A stretch of 64,000 nucleotides of DNA from Macrostomum lignano (taxonomy: Eukaryota): positions 1-64,000 of the forward strand of contig NIVC01002434.1 of NCBI GenBank assembly GCA_002269645.1, written 5' to 3'. The notes under the pieces were generated by a model. It did no database searches. It was not told the origin of the DNA and worked only from the letters and a program-made list of their open reading frames with translations. This document shows positions 62,333 to 64,000 of the stretch, one piece after another (position 1 is the stretch's first letter; every line of letters starts with the position of its first letter). A program made the position numbers and the translations under genes.

Positions 62333-63198
62333 ATGCAAATTAGCGGGCAGTTAAGTATCAGATTAAACATGCCTTTTGAGGGAGTTATTTGTATAAATCA
62401 CGAGGGCCTGAGGCCCGAGGGATTTATGAAAATAACTCCCGAAAAAGGCATGTGTAATCTCGTATAAACCATAGACATAAAGACTTTACGGGATATTATT
62501 GAACATTACCAAATAAAATCCCGGAGAACGCAAATATTGTCACGGAAAGTCTTTATTTCTATGGATTATTGACATTTAACGCCCGATTGTCTATTTCAAA
62601 CTTACTCTTATGCAAATTAGCGGGCAGTTAATGTCATTTAAATTCCTTGCCTACGAATGCCTACAAATCATTTGCGTTGGGGTGGTTGTTAGCGGCTGTG
62701 ACTCTAGTTCTCCTCTTGCACTGTCATTAATATCATTAACTGCCCGCTAATTTTGTCCCGCTTTGTCAAGGACACAAATGTCTATGGCACAATAATAGTA
62801 ATACCCATGCTTTAAGGGCGTTAATGGGAAAATCAGAGGGCGCCGTTAGTCTGCCCGCAATAAATATACTGATGTATCCCCCTTTTGCCCCGGGCGAGTG
62901 TCTATGTGACGCATGTTTTCATTTATTTCCCTAGGTGAATAAATCATTTATTTCCCGCTGCCCCGCGGGCTGATAAATTCGAGACAACAACCATAGACAA
63001 CGAACGGGGGATACATATCATATTCCCCACTCATTTAGCTGTCTAGGGCCAAAAGCACTCGGTGTCTCGATCATTGACCTCGGCTTCGCCTCGGTCAATA
63101 AACGAGACACCTCTTGCTTTTGCCCGCTAGACAACAAAATAAATGGGGAATATATACCATTTACTGCCCTATTTACTGCCCGCAATAAATATACTGAT
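62333..63198. repeat. Cluster of two direct-repeat-flanked double-hairpin cassettes
   Basis: Hairpins at 62360-62460, 62469-62564, 62872-63016 and 63020-63153. Direct repeats at 62333-62354/62610-62631 and 62851-62873/63176-63198. Confidence 0.7.
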
Positions 63199-63279
63199 CG
63201 TTATTATTCTCGCCTGCAAAGCTTTCGGCAACTATCGACTACAACAAGCAGTCTAGTCTCGTTTCACTTACTACACTCG

Positions 63280-64000
63280 GGTGAGGCGGTGCCTTTGCTC
63301 GGCCGGATATTTGGGTCCGCGTGCAGATCTAGGCCGCCAGTAAAGTGCTGCCTCTGATCGTAGTCGACGGCGCCGACTCGGACTTGATTGGCCACGACTG
63401 CATGGTTGGCTGAGCTGCCTCTGGACTGGCGCGGCATCAAGCTGGTGCGACAGCACCCGCACCCAGAACTCCAGCCAGGCCCTCTAAAGATATTACGCCG
63501 AAGTTTTTTAGCCAGTCCTCGGTAGATACCCAGGTCCCGCTGTTTGCCTGCATCTGAAGGCGGATGCGCGCCCGAAATTTTCCAAGGTCCAGAACATCCC
63601 GCTCGCACTGAAGGAGAAAGTGAAAGCTCAGCTTGAAAAGGAGATTGAGCAGAGATGGGCTCCAGCCAGTGAGCAACTGCGACTACGCGTCGCCAATCTT
63701 CCGCATCTGCGATGACTTAATAAAGCAAATGGTGAACCTGGACGTACAGCCCGACACCTTACCCGTTGCCGAGGATCGAGGAACTTTTGGCAAAGCTGGC
63801 CGGAGGTGAGAAATTCACAAAGCTGGACCTTTCGCAAAGGTACTTACAGCTACCGCTGGACGCGGCATCACAGAAGCTGTGCACAATTACTATGTGAAAG
63901 GGCCTACTTCGCTACACCAGGCTGCCATTTAGGGTGGCTCCGGCGATTGGCATTTTCCAGCGCCAGATGGACTGTTGTTTCATGCTGAAGGAATTCCTCC
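63280..64000 (+). pseudogene. Second decayed Ty3/Gypsy pol fragment: protease end and RT N-terminal half, runs off the window
   Basis: PLLGR (protease end), LHLKADARPKF..IPLALKEKVKAQLE, YPLPRIEELLAKLAGGEKFTKLDLS, LRYTRLPF..IFQR in shifting frames. Confidence 0.82.

Overview
This is animal (invertebrate) nuclear DNA. GC-richer coding exons sit among AT-rich spacers and very dense mini/microsatellites. That architecture suggests a free-living flatworm such as Macrostomum, but this is inference only. Four spliced protein-coding genes were reconstructed by hand from GT-AG boundaries and reading-frame continuity: (1) the first two coding exons of a Wnt5-type ligand on the minus strand (10740-10667, 2868-2607; the rest lies beyond the left edge); (2) a complete 12-exon FAM234/ITFG3-like type II membrane beta-propeller gene (+, 20862-33997, 926 aa); (3) a complete 4-exon STT3A oligosaccharyltransferase catalytic subunit (+, 36904-40809, 712 aa); (4) a 3-coding-exon FoxO (-, 55699-52151). 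Mobile elements: a near-intact Mutator (Phantom-like) transposon whose transposase carries an N-terminal PHD finger, four copies of a tRNA-derived SINE, two long-TIR non-autonomous DNA elements, two decayed Ty3/Gypsy pol fragments, and a cluster of direct-repeat-flanked double-hairpin cassettes. Nearly every intron carries its own tandem array. Most long ORFs in the supplied track are artefacts of these arrays. There is no CRISPR array, rRNA or intact tRNA gene. The most interesting observations are the compensated frameshift in the Wnt5 exon, the PHD-FLYWCH-MULE transposase, the paired-hairpin cassettes and the furin-like site in the FAM234 C-terminal extension.
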